Of a stretch of 64,000 nucleotides of DNA, positions 1 to 12,338 are shown piece by piece; the stretch's first letter is position 1, and each line of letters begins with the position of its first letter. Source of the stretch: Trichodelitschia bisporula. Lineage: Eukaryota. Under the pieces are notes generated by a model that had not been told where the DNA came from, did not search any database, and saw only the letters and a program-made list of their open reading frames with translations. A program made the translations under genes and the position numbers. The stretch spans positions 1-64,000 of the forward strand of contig ML996713.1 of NCBI GenBank assembly GCA_010356995.1, given 5' to 3'.

Positions 1-232
1 TCGCGCGCCACAAGGCCCCATCGTGAACTACCTGGCGCGATACACGGGGCCGGTCGAGAAGGTGGACCTCAACGCGCTGTCGTGGTTCAAGATCTCAGAG
101 CGAGGGCTGGCAGCGGGTGGCCGGTGGGCCGTAGGCGAGATGATGGACGACGGGAACGTCACCGCCACGGTAACTCCGCATGGCATTGCGCCGGTGGCCC
201 ACATGCGTTGCGTACGTCAGCATGGTGCGTAG
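1..232 (+). pseudogene. Degenerate AA9 lytic polysaccharide monooxygenase fragment (5' part outside window)
   Basis: Translates as (H K) GPIVNYLA...LSWFKISERG...W...DDGNVTATVTPHGIAP, matching the AA9 HxGP..YLA / WFKI / IPxxIAPG motifs. The HKGP codons (cacaaggcccc) lack one G, giving a frameshift, and the YxxRHE motif is garbled with a stop at 230-232. Confidence 0.6.
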
Positions 233-327
233 TACTACGGTACCAGGCCGAATATATGTTAGGGGCCCAAAGTCCACCTAGAAAAGTAATAATTCCTCTC
301 CCGGTTCACTGGCCATGCCTCACAAAA

Positions 328-798
328 TGTCACGGTGCCAGCGAAGAGCGGTGCAAAAACCATAGATTGCTTCGAGACGATGATAAAGAGTTGGAGAAGT
401 AATCTACAGGGATGAGTGTGCAAAAGCATAACCGCAGTGTGGGGGCTTGGCGCCAGTCACATGGCTGCGCTATTCCCCATACGTCACAGCGGTACTGTGC
501 TGCCACCCGGACCACATCATGGCCTGAGGCATCACACCGTGTATGGCCAGAACCATGACAGTGTGATGCCTCAGGCCATGATGTGGTCTGGGTGGCAGCA
601 CAGTACCGAGGTGACGTATGGGGACTAGCGCAGTCATGTGACTGGCGCCAAGCCCCCACACTGCGGTTATGCTTTTGCACACCCATCCCTGTAGATTACT
701 TCTCCAACTCTTTATCATCGTCTCGAAGCAATCCATGGTTTTTGCACCGCTCTTCGCTGGCACCGTAACACACACCGTGTATGGCCAGAACCATGACA
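328..798. repeat. Long inverted repeat (210-bp arms, 23-bp spacer) followed by a 28-bp direct duplication covering the spacer
   Basis: 328-537 is the reverse complement of 561-770, with about 8 substitutions counted by eye and no indels. CACACCGTGTATGGCCAGAACCATGACA occurs at 533-560 and again at 771-798. Confidence 0.95.
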
Positions 799-1242
799 AG
801 GTCTCGGAGTGATGTTTATCGCTTTTTGAGCTCGCGAGGTGATGCGCATTGCTCACTTGCATAATGGAAGCGGCTATATTTCCTTACATAAAGAGAGGCT
901 CATAAGAAGCATTGACGTGCCTGTCATGGGAGGATACCATCTCTCCCATGTCAAATGGCCACATGCCCTGTATGGGTCACGTGACTCGGTAAGCTTGATG
1001 CCTGATGCCTGCAATTCCAGCCCGGCTGGACTTGCAGGGTGAGGGCTTGGCGCTGGCCTGTGCGCTAGTACCCCCAGCTCCCCCACACTGCACATTCATA
1101 CGCGAAACCCTTACATAGTTCTTCAAGCTTTTCAATGAATGTTATTCCACAACCAATGCTGTGCAACCAGTGATTTGTGCGCCCCTGACAGCGCCCTACT
1201 TATCGTAAAGGTACCTCAGTTGCGACCGCCCACCTGCACCGG

Positions 1243-2527
1243 CTAAGATGCAAAAAATACTGACAACAACGCCATCTCCTCGGCCATCGCGCCTCCAACT
1301 TGCTGCCGCCTGGGCTATTAGCGAAGATCAGTCTGTACCCGTGAAACATACCTTGGATGCTTAACCACGTCGTAATGCGCAACAAGGCTCAATTTATCCC
1401 CTTTGGACAGCTTAACTCCTTCCTCGCAATACGTCATCTCGCTGATAGTATCCCAGGGCGCCTTTGTGTCCGCTTTAGCGTCGCCCCCATGCCCATGCGT
1501 AGCCGCACCGGCACCGTACACTGCGGCGGAGCTGCACGCGGACTTGCCGTTGATGATGGCGGTCACGTTGACACCACCGTCTGCCGGTCAGAAACGAAGA
1601 CGCAACCACTTAGATTCAGAAGACTAACCATGGAGGTGACCGCGTGCAGTAACCATATATCCGTCCTGTACAATCTGCATCTCCTTGCTGGCGACAGTAA
1701 ACTGAGTCGCATTCTTTGGTACGTCCACTACCGCAAAGGCGCCATCACAGTCAGTCACGCTGATTAGTTGGATGGACACGTCCAGCGTCCCAGCCGGCCG
1801 GCCTTCGAGGTACTCGATGGTGGACTTGGTGTAGACGGTCTTCGTCTCGTTGGCGTAGTTGACAATGTCGCCGCTCATTACTATCGTGTCCGCCTTCCCA
1901 ATGTAATATCCCGACGCCAGCTTCGGATCCTTGGTCGCATACACACCGCGGCCGGCATCCTCCGACCCACCCATAAAGACGGAGGTGGGCGGTGCCGCGC
2001 CCTTGACGCCGTTGAGGCATTGGGCCATCGGCGGGGCCCCTTTGGCGCTGTCAACGAAGGCGAGGTGATGATTGTACAAGCCGTTGGTAATCTGCGCGCG
2101 TGTGCCATCGGCGTACACAATTTCTGACTCGACCTGCAGCACTGTGACGTCCTTGGGGAAGTCGCCGGCGAGGTACGTCCAGGCGGTGCCGGCAGGATCC
2201 ATGCTCATGCCATACTCCGTTTTGACGGTACTCTGACGGTTAGCGAGGCCTCAAGAGATGAGCAACTCACATTCGCGGCGCGAATCTTGTACGGCCCGTA
2301 CCAGATGACGGCCTTCTTCGCACCGGGCCGCGGAAAGCTGGACGCCGAAATGTCTTTTTTGAACGGCTTCTTCTCCTGCAGTCCTTGCCGGGCAAACTCC
2401 GCAAGGACAGAACTGAGCTCGGACTGGCGACGCTCTGCGGGGTCAGTCGATCGCTTTCATGAAGTGGAACGAACGAACCAAAGGGATGTGCGGCGGCGAG
2501 TGCCGCGAGAGCGAGTATGAGCTTCAT
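1243..2527 (-). CDS. Secreted protein with copper type II monooxygenase (PHM/DBH)-like His/Met motifs
   Basis: Signal peptide MKLILALAALAAAHP. Four GT-AG introns join the exons: ...WYGPYKIRAAN / ...GLYNHHLAF...ARGHLH|DGG...YDVVKHP|RRQQVGGAMAEEMALLSVFFAS* (stop 1243-1245). Confidence 0.75.
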
Positions 2528-5500
2528 TCTGTGTGGAGGTCGGGGGTACAGTCGCGCAACTGATCAGAGCAAGAGAATGATATGCCAGAGCGGGCCATAT
2601 TATGTCTTGTACCTCGCAACAAGGGCAAAGAACGGCAGTGCGGAGGTAGTCGGTCCTGAAACATATCCGTATTGCCCCACAAAGTGTGTCCAAGTTGATC
2701 ATACCGGTGGATCCTATGAGACTGATCCGCGATCATGCGTTCCCTTCCCCGGAAACGTATAGCTGATGAGAGGGCTGGAGGGCTGATTATTTAGCTTCTC
2801 CTGGTCTGGTGCACGTCGTTAACTTTATCGTATATTGATCACGTGCCGGTGGAGGACGGGCCGGACGCATCTGGATCAGGGCACGGCAGTCTGGCGGCAA
2901 ACAAGCCGCTGGCAGCTTCGGGATAGAGTTGAGACATATTGACCCAGATGCCGGTGGAACGGCCTATCGTTTTCGGTTTTCGCACCATTTGGAGTGCCAA
3001 GAACACTCGGTGAGGCTTGCCGTGGGAGCGGAGACTCCCCCGATGGTCTGCGCCTCCCATGGACACAGCAACCAAGGTTGCTTCCACCATCATAAGGCGA
3101 AGTTGAATCCACACCAATTCTTCAGTTTTCGGCATTATTCAATGCCAGCAAGCTGCGTTAGAAGCAACGGGACGGTGAAGAGCCTTAAAGGCAGACGCGT
3201 TTAACCAATACAAAATGCTCGGAACCGAACACGGGTACCCGAACATGGCCCAAAACACCAGTTGCCCGTCCCGGAATCCGGCCGCCTTCGACAGCAGTTC
3301 CTCTAGGGGCGGAAACCGCAATGACCCGGGGAATGGATTCAACTTACGGGAGCCGGTCTCGATCACCCACAACAGCGGCTTGTCCATCTCGCCGGCGCCT
3401 TCGATATGCCCGCGAGCGGGGCTTTCATGTCCAGTCCTACCAATTCAACCGCCGCGGACCCACCCAAGACTAGGCAGCTGATCAACTTCTCCCACTCTCC
3501 GATAGCCGGCAAGCCATGAAAAACGCCTTAGGCTCATCACACAAGATGCCGCCGATGACGGTGCCGACGAACCCGGCCGACTGGACTCCACGAAGCATCC
3601 ATGCCCGAAGCGAGGGCCTCTGGCCTCTCCAGTGCTGATCGCAGCTATCCAGAAGGGCCTCTGAGCGGCCAATATGCCGATCGATATGCGGAACAAATCA
3701 TCTGGATCACCGCGGAGCAAGCTGGACTCTTGCTAGATCGATGGGAGGTCAGCGCGGGATGTTGCCGTCCCCGGTCGTTCAGATTTCGGATCCCGTGTCC
3801 TACGGATCATCCTCCACACCGCTTCAATGACGAAGCTCTTCATTGCTTACTGCGGTAAGCCAGACTCAGTATCGAGGCCCATGATGGCGGGTCCCATGCT
3901 CCCTATTGGATGGCCGACCGATCAGCGTACGGTCCACTGCTCGACAAACATGATGCATGTTGCGGGGGAAGGCCGCGCCACCTAACGATCTGCAGGCTTG
4001 CAGACCTTCGCAACCATTGTGGCTTCTTCATCGAGGTTGAATGATGGCAGTCTTGCGCAGCTCAACGTCTACCTGCGGAGCATGAGGGATTACATCTGCT
4101 GAACAGGAAAGTGGGGAGGCTCTCACCTCCGCAGTCGAACCGAAACTGTAAATGTGAATAGACGGCGGCAAATACCACGGAAGACTGACCTTGATCTACG
4201 ATATCAGGTCCAGGTGCGTAATTCCAGCACCCATCAAAGCCAATGTCCACCAAATCGTCGACCGCTGCCTCTGGTGAGGTGTTCCCCGCAAGCTCGTCTG
4301 GCGGCTCCTCGAGACCCTCAACCGGCGGTGAATTCCGATACTGGACCCTAGACCCCCATGCGGCAGCTCTCCCTGCGCATAAAGTGCAAAGCAAACCCTC
4401 AACGAAGCAGTAACAATTCCCATAGCGTTAAAGGGCAACCCCGCTGCGGGATGGATCAGCGCCAGGTTTCTCCACAGCCAACGGCTTTTTCTCTAGTCCA
4501 TCCATGGTCCAATCATAGCATTCCATCCCAATCAGTTTTCATCTACGCCACATCTCACCAATGCACCCATTTCCCTCAGGCCCTTCAATTGGCCAATGCA
4601 TGAGCCCCCCAGCAACGCGTGACGTCCCACCCGCAGCGCAACGCCTACCCAGCGACGAAGACGGCGATCGTTGCCAGCCCCAGCGTCCCTTGCATCATTG
4701 CCAATACGTACGGCTGCCCGCCTGCATTGCTCCCGTTATGACGTGTACGGGCTGCTCAACAGGCCGAAGCCGCGATACCCCCAAAAGTCCCCTTGGGCAG
4801 GCCGACCCGGACCCTTATGCAGGGCGTGAATGGTTCGCGGAGGACACACGTCACTACCAGCGGCCGCGAAAGCCCAAAAAAAGCTACGTCAAGTACCGTA
4901 AGTTCGGGATAGATAATCGTCGCTGGTCGTTACCGGACCGTTTCAGCCACCGGATATCAGCCATCAGCCATCAGCCAAAAGACCGTTGAACCCGTTGGAC
5001 GATAAGCTCAAGAGATCCCAGACTGGCCGGAACAAATTTGCTGCGGAGAAAAGGCGCACATTCGCGGCTTGCATGCAGATGATATCTGCAATGTACCGTA
5101 CTACGGATTGACGTAGTCTCTTTTCGTCGGCTTTGCTTTGTGGTTTTGCTTTGGCTTCGCCCTTTTTTGTCTTTTCGGATGTATCTTGGCTCCAATGCAG
5201 CTGCGCGCAAGCCTGAAGGTGAAGAAGCGTGTAAAATTGGAATTGCATTGGCCGACGCAGGGTCGATGCTTTTTTTTCATCCGTATTGGCCCTCGCCGTA
5301 GTGCGAAGAACTGCTCCACAAAGGTCGAGATGCCCCTTCGAGCCCTAACCCCGAATCAGCGACTTCGAATCAAAGGGCCGAAATCCCGAATCCCGACTCT
5401 AGGACCTCAACCCGTGCCTCATCTGCCCCCATCCGCCCGTTGTTTGGCCCCACCCGCCCCTCACCAAGTGGTGAAACGCGCTACCCCCCACTTCCCACCT

Positions 5501-6242
5501 CCCATCTCCACCAACCCCATCGCTCAACGATCACGCCGCTACAAAACCTCCATAACAAAACCCGCGAAGCCCATGCTAAAGTCAGAGCCCGATCCCCTTC
5601 CCCACCAGGGGCATCCTCGCAATGGACCAGGGTCCAGCGCCGCTGACGCGCCCGCGCTGGCTCGCGGTCGCGATCCCGCCTGGAGCACTCGATCCGGCGG
5701 GACTCTCGTGGGCTCTCCCCCGCCGCGCCGGTCCCCGCAGCTCAACTCCCGAAGGAACGTCATTATTGCCGGTAGCTATTATTTGTTGCGAGAATTGCAG
5801 TCCAGCGGGTCGTCGGGGGCAAAATGAGGGGAGAGGGGAGGACTGCACGCAAAATGGTAGCGGCGCACGGGGTCACACACAAGTCGTACACCTGTGGAGA
5901 TGGGATTGTGGGAATTGCGTGCGCGCGGAGAACGCCGCATCGCATTCATCTCCCGCAGACCACATTGTGGGAGATGTGCAATCGGGTGATGAAGATTGTC
6001 TCAATAATACAAAAGAGCCACCAATGCGGCTGAAATCTCAATCCCCAAAACGCTAATCGTGCTTCAAGTGCAGTCCGTTCGCCATGCTGATCCTGATGTA
6101 CAAAGCCATGCGTGTGCGGCCCTCTATCCTCCCGCCCTTCCAAGAAATGCAGTCCACCATCGCAAGCCTGCGACCCAACGCCAAATGTGCAAAGTCCGTG
6201 TCATCGCCAACGTAACGTCGTTAAATCATGATGCAATGCAGC

Positions 6243-6449
6243 TTATGCGCCGCCTTGTTGCCCGCTGCCCTGCAGCGATGCCAGTGAGGCAAAGGCGCCG
6301 CTCATCGGCGAGTATCCGGAGGCTGATGACGCATTGGACGATGCGCGGCTAGACGAGGCGATATTGAGCGCGATGCAGTCGCCGCAGCGGCCTTGGTTTT
6401 GGTTGGTGCGACCGCGGCAGCCACGCTCGTAGTTGACGCAGGAGAACAT
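6243..6449 (-). CDS. 68-aa Cys-rich microprotein (C-x6-C-x10-C-x2-C plus Ser-rich tail)
   Basis: MFSCVNYERGCRGRTNQNQGRCGDC... Good start context (ACCACCATG), upstream TACATAAA near 6703-6710 and a pyrimidine-rich leader. Confidence 0.6.
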   Translation of the reverse strand: MFSCVNYERGCRGRTNQNQGRCGDCIALNIASSSRASSNASSASGYSPMSGAFASLASLQGSGQQGGA

Positions 6450-7963
6450 GGTGGTAGGGACGGAAGCGCGGAGATGGAGTGCGGTGGAGGAGTGGTCGGA
6501 GCGGTGAGAGAGGTTGATGACGCGGTAAGGGTGAGCAGAGCTTGCAGGATTCTTGCTGTGCCCGTCTTTTGACTTGGAAGCTACGAGACGACGATGCGTG
6601 GAAACGAAGTGTTTGGAGAGTATGGTCGCGTGGGGTAGAGGTAGGAGCGGGTTTGGAGCTTGAGGTCTGGAGCCGGAGTGAAAGGTTGCGAGGGAGACGG
6701 TGTTTATGTAAAGGAGTCTTGAGCAGAGAAGCGTTAAGCTTAAGTAGAGTTCGATATGACAGAAGTATTGAAGTTGGTGAGTGGATGAATGGCTTAAGAG
6801 TGACGATGTCAAGAGAGACCGCGCTTTTATCATAAAGCACGGCCCAACGACGGGCAGTAAGGCTTGAACAGGATTGGATAGTAAAATTGGACCTCTTCCC
6901 GACTCTGACGCCGCCAGTTCGCAGTCATTGGCATTCAGTAGACCGGTCCAGTCACACGATACATTACAATACCCGATGAAGCAGGGCTCCCCCTGCTGGA
7001 ATACTCCCCTTAGCCAGCTAGCTCCCTCTCAGTGCCTGCTGCCATTGGCCGTTATGCAGAGAATAGCAAAATCAAGGTAAGTGCCAGCAAAGACGTCGTA
7101 GCAGCCTAAGGCTTAGATGATGCACATTAACCGCACGACAGATTCCCGTCATTGGCATCCCCAGCTGGATCAAGTCGCTGACGCGCTTCTGCAGCTCGTA
7201 CGTTCTGTTGTCCATTGCTGAGTGCTGCTGTAGAAGGGGATGATGCAGGGTGCAGCCGTGCCGGTGAGCTGCCTTCCCCAAAATGGCTCCAAATCATGAC
7301 GAAGCTGGCTTTGTGTGCACCCAGCTCCATTGGGGCCCTTCCATCGGGTCCAGACTACCGTAATCACGACGGCCCGTTCTGGCCGCCTACTCTCCAAATG
7401 GGTCAAGACGAGCGAATGCAGAATTGCTGCAGGAGCTCTTTCCGTCGTTTCTTCGAGCCTCGCCGTCCGTTTCGGGCACCGATCCCGGCGCCTGCTCCGT
7501 TAGGGAGGGGATGATATATCGTTTGAGGAGTTACGCCCACGCAATCACTCCTCATGCGATCCATCAACTCCGATGGGATGTCTTTGCTGACCAGCTGTGG
7601 AAGGCGGGAACGCGGAGAAGGTGAGAACTGAAGGAGACCTCAAGGACAACTGTCAAGGAGAGCCCGGATGTACACCTAAAGCAAGTCCCGATGAAGCGGC
7701 CTCAAGGGGACCGAAAGGAAGAGCCGCGATGGAGACTACCTCACAGGTACCATCTGCCGGCGGTCTCCTGCCCACTCTGTTGCCGATGCTGTACTGCCAA
7801 TCCTTCCAATTCGGCAGCAATGCCCAAGGCCATATCGTCTGCGACTGCTCGATCTCAGAATGTGCTGAACCAGGCCTGGGCCTCAAGATCCGTAACCGAT
7901 CACTCGCAAATATCATTCACCAATCAACAATATCACTCTGCATTCCTACAGCAGACATTCACA

Positions 7964-9142
7964 ATGAGTATTCCTACCTTTCCATTCTTGCGTCTGCCCG
8001 GAGAGCTGCGCAACAAGGTTTACGACGCACACTTCGGTTCGATAACTATCGGAATCTGCCTGGACGGTGGACCAAGACATGGCCTAGACGCCCACGGTTA
8101 CCAGAAGTGGGACGAAACCCCCTATTTGAACAGCTCCTTGTACACACTGTTTGCCAGGCAGAACAGGAACTGCCTCGCGCTCCTGCGGACGTCGAAGCAG
8201 ATCTACCAGGAAACAAAAGACTACTGGGCCGGGAGGGTTTTGTTTGACATTCCCCTCACCGAGGATTTCTTGGATTTTATGCACGCCCGGCCGCAGGAGC
8301 TCGTACGACAGATCCGCCACGTAAGAACAGCTGGCTTCGACACAAAGCTTTGGTGGGAGCGGGAGGGCGCCCCCGATTGGCCTTCCGGTTCGAGTATCGC
8401 CGAAAAGATTCGATACCACCCCGCGTATCTCCTAAAGTTCCTACCTCCGATGACGTTGGACACTCTAACGGTGGTCGATGAGGGCCACTTCGAACGCCTT
8501 GCGGACTGGCTGGTGTCACCAGATACGTGGAAGGAGCTCCGGTTCTACAATAGGACCATACAGCCCTGGCTCAAGTTTTGGCTTCGTTGGTTGGAGGAGG
8601 ATCTTAACGTTGTACACCCCGGAGCGAGCATCACAATGGTTGACGACGGGGACCTTCACATGGGAGAGCTCTCATTCCTACCCGTAACGACGATGTCAAA
8701 CCAGCACGCGCCGTGGATGATACTCCTCGAATCCGCATCGAAAGTAAGGTCGAGTGAAAAGCTGACTTCCAAGGCTAACGTACCAATCAAGAAAACGTCT
8801 CAAAGTGGCCAAAAGGACGACGATCCTTGGGCAGTCTGGGAAGGCCAGCTCGACTACGGCTCCTACGCAGTTATTGTGAAACTGCCGCGAGAGGCGCACA
8901 CGGCGGGGAAGCGAATTGACCGGCCGTTCCCGTTCCCCGAAGACGACGTTAGGTGCTGGGCCGAGGGTATGACTTGGGCTAGACTTAGATTGGAGCTTTT
9001 CCATCACGAGCCTGATGAGGATTATCGAGATTACTGCACGGAGCGGCTCGAATACGTGCGGCAGCTATGCGGCAATACGAATCCGGATACATACGACCCT
9101 TCTGATCCCCGGAGGTGGTATTTTCGGGCAGGACGTCGCTGA
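7964..9142 (+). CDS. Hypothetical protein with N-terminal F-box-like FLxLPxELRxxIY motif
   Basis: Long ORF (7691-9142). Likely start at MSIPTFPFLRLPGELRNKVY, followed by ALLRTSKQIYQET and LVRQIRHV motifs typical of this fungal family. Confidence 0.75.
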   Translation: MSIPTFPFLRLPGELRNKVYDAHFGSITIGICLDGGPRHGLDAHGYQKWDETPYLNSSLYTLFARQNRNCLALLRTSKQIYQETKDYWAGRVLFDIPLTEDFLDFMHARPQELVRQIRHVRTAGFDTKLWWEREGAPDWPSGSSIAEKIRYHPAYLLKFLPPMTLDTLTVVDEGHFERLADWLVSPDTWKELRFYNRTIQPWLKFWLRWLEEDLNVVHPGASITMVDDGDLHMGELSFLPVTTMSNQHAPWMILLESASKVRSSEKLTSKANVPIKKTSQSGQKDDDPWAVWEGQLDYGSYAVIVKLPREAHTAGKRIDRPFPFPEDDVRCWAEGMTWARLRLELFHHEPDEDYRDYCTERLEYVRQLCGNTNPDTYDPSDPRRWYFRAGRR

Positions 9143-9203
9143 GGCGTGACGCGCACATGAGTCTGTACCCTCGCTAGTTCTTGAAGGAGTTGGGAAAAGA
9201 ATT

Positions 9204-9276
9204 GATTTTGGCCCCATCGCTAGGAAGAGCTGGGAAAGAAATTGGAATCGGGTCCATCGCTAGGAAGAGTTAGGAA
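9204..9276 (+). repeat. Short imperfect tandem repeat (about 40-bp unit)
   Basis: CCATCGCTAGGAAGAG occurs twice, each followed by similar (C/T)T(G/A)GGAA sequence. A more degenerate copy lies upstream at about 9170. Confidence 0.55.
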
Positions 9277-9694
9277 TGAAAATGAAGTTGAGCTTCGCAT
9301 TAGCGCTGTGCATCTCCGGCGGTGAAACGTGAATCTTACTCACAGCGGCCCTGCTGCAGGATCCGTAAGCAGTGTGGATTACTGACTTGGCAAACGTGCT
9401 CCACCATCGTATGGTTCGTGCGGCCTGGAGATCGAAGCATCCATGAGACCTTCGAGAAGCTCTAAAGATAGCAACCACTGGACCCGGATCGATCCCGCGG
9501 CGCAGATGTACGGTATTCGGAGCGCCGGATGGGCACAGGGCGTGGATCAGCTTGGCAGGGCCCACGGCAACTGTAGATCCAAGTTCGAGGCTGATTGATC
9601 CACGGTGTCAAGTCATGTCCGCTGCACAATACAGCTCACAGTCTCTGAACATTCCATTATCAACAACAATCAGCGTACTCCACTATCAATCCCG

Positions 9695-11770
9695 TCAAGA
9701 TTCCCCCTTCCCCTCCGCAAGCAGCCGCAGCCCCCTCTCCCGCAGCTTGAACTTCTGGATCTTCCCGCTCGCCGTCTTGGGAAAGTCCTCGACCCAAAAC
9801 ACGTACTTCGGCACTGTTTTCCGTCAGCATAATGCGTACACATCATCAGGCAAGGCCCACCAAGATGATGACTCAACTTCTCCCTCACCCACCCCCTCAC
9901 CTCATCAGCCCCAATCCGTGCCCCGTGATGTACAACCACGAAAGCCGCCACAGTCTCCCCATACCTCTCGTCCGGTAGCCCAACAACCGATACATCTGCC
10001 ACCGCCGCATGAGCAAGCAGGCAATTCTCAATTTCCAGCGGGTGGATGTTCTCCCCGCCCTTGATGATAAGATCCTTGATGCGGCCCGTGATCTTGACAT
10101 ACCCGTCCGCGTCAATCAGCGCTTCGTCGCCCGTGTGCATCCAAACCCGCCCCTCCGCGTCCGCCTGGAGCACGTCTGCTGTGCGGGCTTCGTCCCCCCA
10201 GTACCCCTTCATAACCAGGTACCCGCTGACCGCCAGCTCGCCGCGTTCGCCCACGCCCAGCACGCGTCCCCAGTCGTGCGGATCGACCACCTTGGCCGAT
10301 ACATGCGGTAGCACGCGACCCACGGTATCGACACGCTTGACGAGCGGATCGTCGGTAGTCGTCATCGCGCTCACGGGACTCGTCTCCGTCATGCCGTAGC
10401 AGATAGTCAGCTCCGTGAGGTTGAGCTCGCGGTGCAGCCGGCGCATGAGCTCAGCTGGGATGCTTGAGCCGGCTGCGATGCCGGTGCGCAGCTGCGAGAG
10501 GCCGAAACGCGGCACGGCGCCCGTTGAGAGCAGCTCCAGCTCGGCTAGGAACATGGTTGGCACGCCGTAGAGGGCGGTGCAGGCGTAGTCTTGTACGGCG
10601 TGGAGCGCGGCGGCTGAGTCGAAGGCTTCGGTTGGGAAGACGATGGCGCTGCCGTGGGTGGCTGTGGCCATGTAGCCCAGGATGCAGCCGAAGCAGCTGG
10701 CAGGTTAGATGTGACAAGACGGGTTGAAGAGATGAGGGAATCCTACTGGAAGAGAGGTGGTGGGCAGCAGACAATGTCCTCTGGCGTCAGAAGCATGCGA
10801 TCGCCAATGCTCTTGCCGTTGTTCAAGATGCTGGTGTGCGTGAGGCAGGCCGCTTTGGGCATGCTGGTTGTGCCGGATGTGAACTGGATGTTGACGACCT
10901 CGTCGGCAGACAGCCCCTGGTCACCGAGATGTTGCCCTCGGCCATCCTCGACGACATGTTCGTATGGGATCATGCAACGGAGGCTCGAGACGTCAATCCG
11001 ACCCGCCGAGTTGTCCACCAGCACCACGTTCGCCAGCGAAGGCACCGTCTCCGATTTGCACGCTCTACCTAAATTGGGAGCAAGCTGGCTTAGCAGCGGA
11101 ACGTTTGACCTCGGTGGTTTGCGCGGGAGGTTCGTCTCGGCGCTAAGGAGCAAGTGTTCGGCGGCTAGGTGGTTCAGCGCGGAGATGACTTGCGGCGCAT
11201 TGAAGGCGGGATTGAGGGGAACCTTCTCTCGTTAGCTGCCATTACAGCTTCCACTCCTCCAGACTCACTAGAACCGCTCCGAGCTTGAACAGCGCATAGG
11301 TGACCTTGACTTGTCAGATGGCACTTTCTCAATCGCTGCGACTGACCGTCGCGTACTCGACGCAATTGCCCAGCATCACTGCACAGCGATCTCCTTTCTT
11401 AACATTGAGCTTTTTCAGCCCTTGTGCCAACGCATCGCTCTCCCGATCGAGCTCATCGTATGTTAATCGAGACTGCTGATGCCGCGAGATGACGCTGTTC
11501 GTCAGCAGCCGTCTCCACCTAGGAATGTAGAGCGTACGCTGTCCGATCGCCGTGCTCCCTGACAATACCCGCGAAGTGCTCGCCAATAGTCTGCTTCAGC
11601 AATGGAGGCTGTTGTCCGTCAGCTCACATCGCGTCTCAACTCAGAGGCCAGCTCACGTCCTCCGGTCCCCGAACAAACGCTCTTGTAAGCAATCCCCTCC
11701 TCGTTGTTATCACCACACAGCGTACGCATCGCGGAGTCGTCCAGCGCGCCAGAACACTCCGCAGAAACAT
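9695..11770 (-). CDS. Acyl-CoA synthetase (AMP-binding, ACSF2-like), probably mitochondrial
   Basis: [39 protein letters not shown] and [10 protein letters not shown] motifs over several introns. Arg-rich N-terminus [14 protein letters not shown]. Confidence 0.92.
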
Positions 11771-12338
11771 GGTAAACGAGGAAGAGACATGCTGAGCACA
11801 AAGGGGCGCATGAATGAAGCGATGCAACGCGCCCGTCCGCCAGGCGAAGCTAGGCCAGACGGCGCAGGTCCCCGCGGCTTGGCATGTGGGGAACAGGAAG
11901 CGGAGGTGAAGTGGGAAAATGCGGGGTTGCGGGGAAAAGGGAACGGGATTCGGCTTACGCTCGCGGGTTGGATATCCGGATTTCGTGGTCCCAAATCAGA
12001 GTAGGAGTCTACTGTGCTGTGGATTAGGAGTCCGCCGCAGTGGTGGGGCAAGCAATGCGAGTTCTGCAATACCAATAATGACTTCATTGAGTGATCTAAA
12101 ACGGAGCACACGAATCACCAAATCACCAGCATATCGCCAGCAACGCAAAATGTCCGAAAGGGATACTGCTGGAAGATATGGTACAATTAACGCCATCGCC
12201 CAATGCACCGCCCGCCTATGAAGGATCATGTCGTCTACTCGTCACTCATCATCGCTGGCTTTTCCAACCTCAATCGTCCAAATAGCATAACAATCGCAGC
12301 CTCATCAATCGCCACATCCAACCACCCACTAACACTCG

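Noticed and set aside
328..798. Possible CRISPR-like or MITE interpretation of the repeats
   Set aside because: Eukaryotic context, only two 28-bp copies and no spacer array. No target-site duplication is evident for a MITE.
2839..4394. Chain of short minus-strand ORFs that look vaguely coding
   Set aside because: Interrupted by stops and no family recognised. It may be a pseudogene but cannot be supported without a search.
5138..5827. 229-aa ORF on plus strand
   Set aside because: Low-complexity Pro/Arg/Ser translation with a non-ATG start and no motif; likely spurious.
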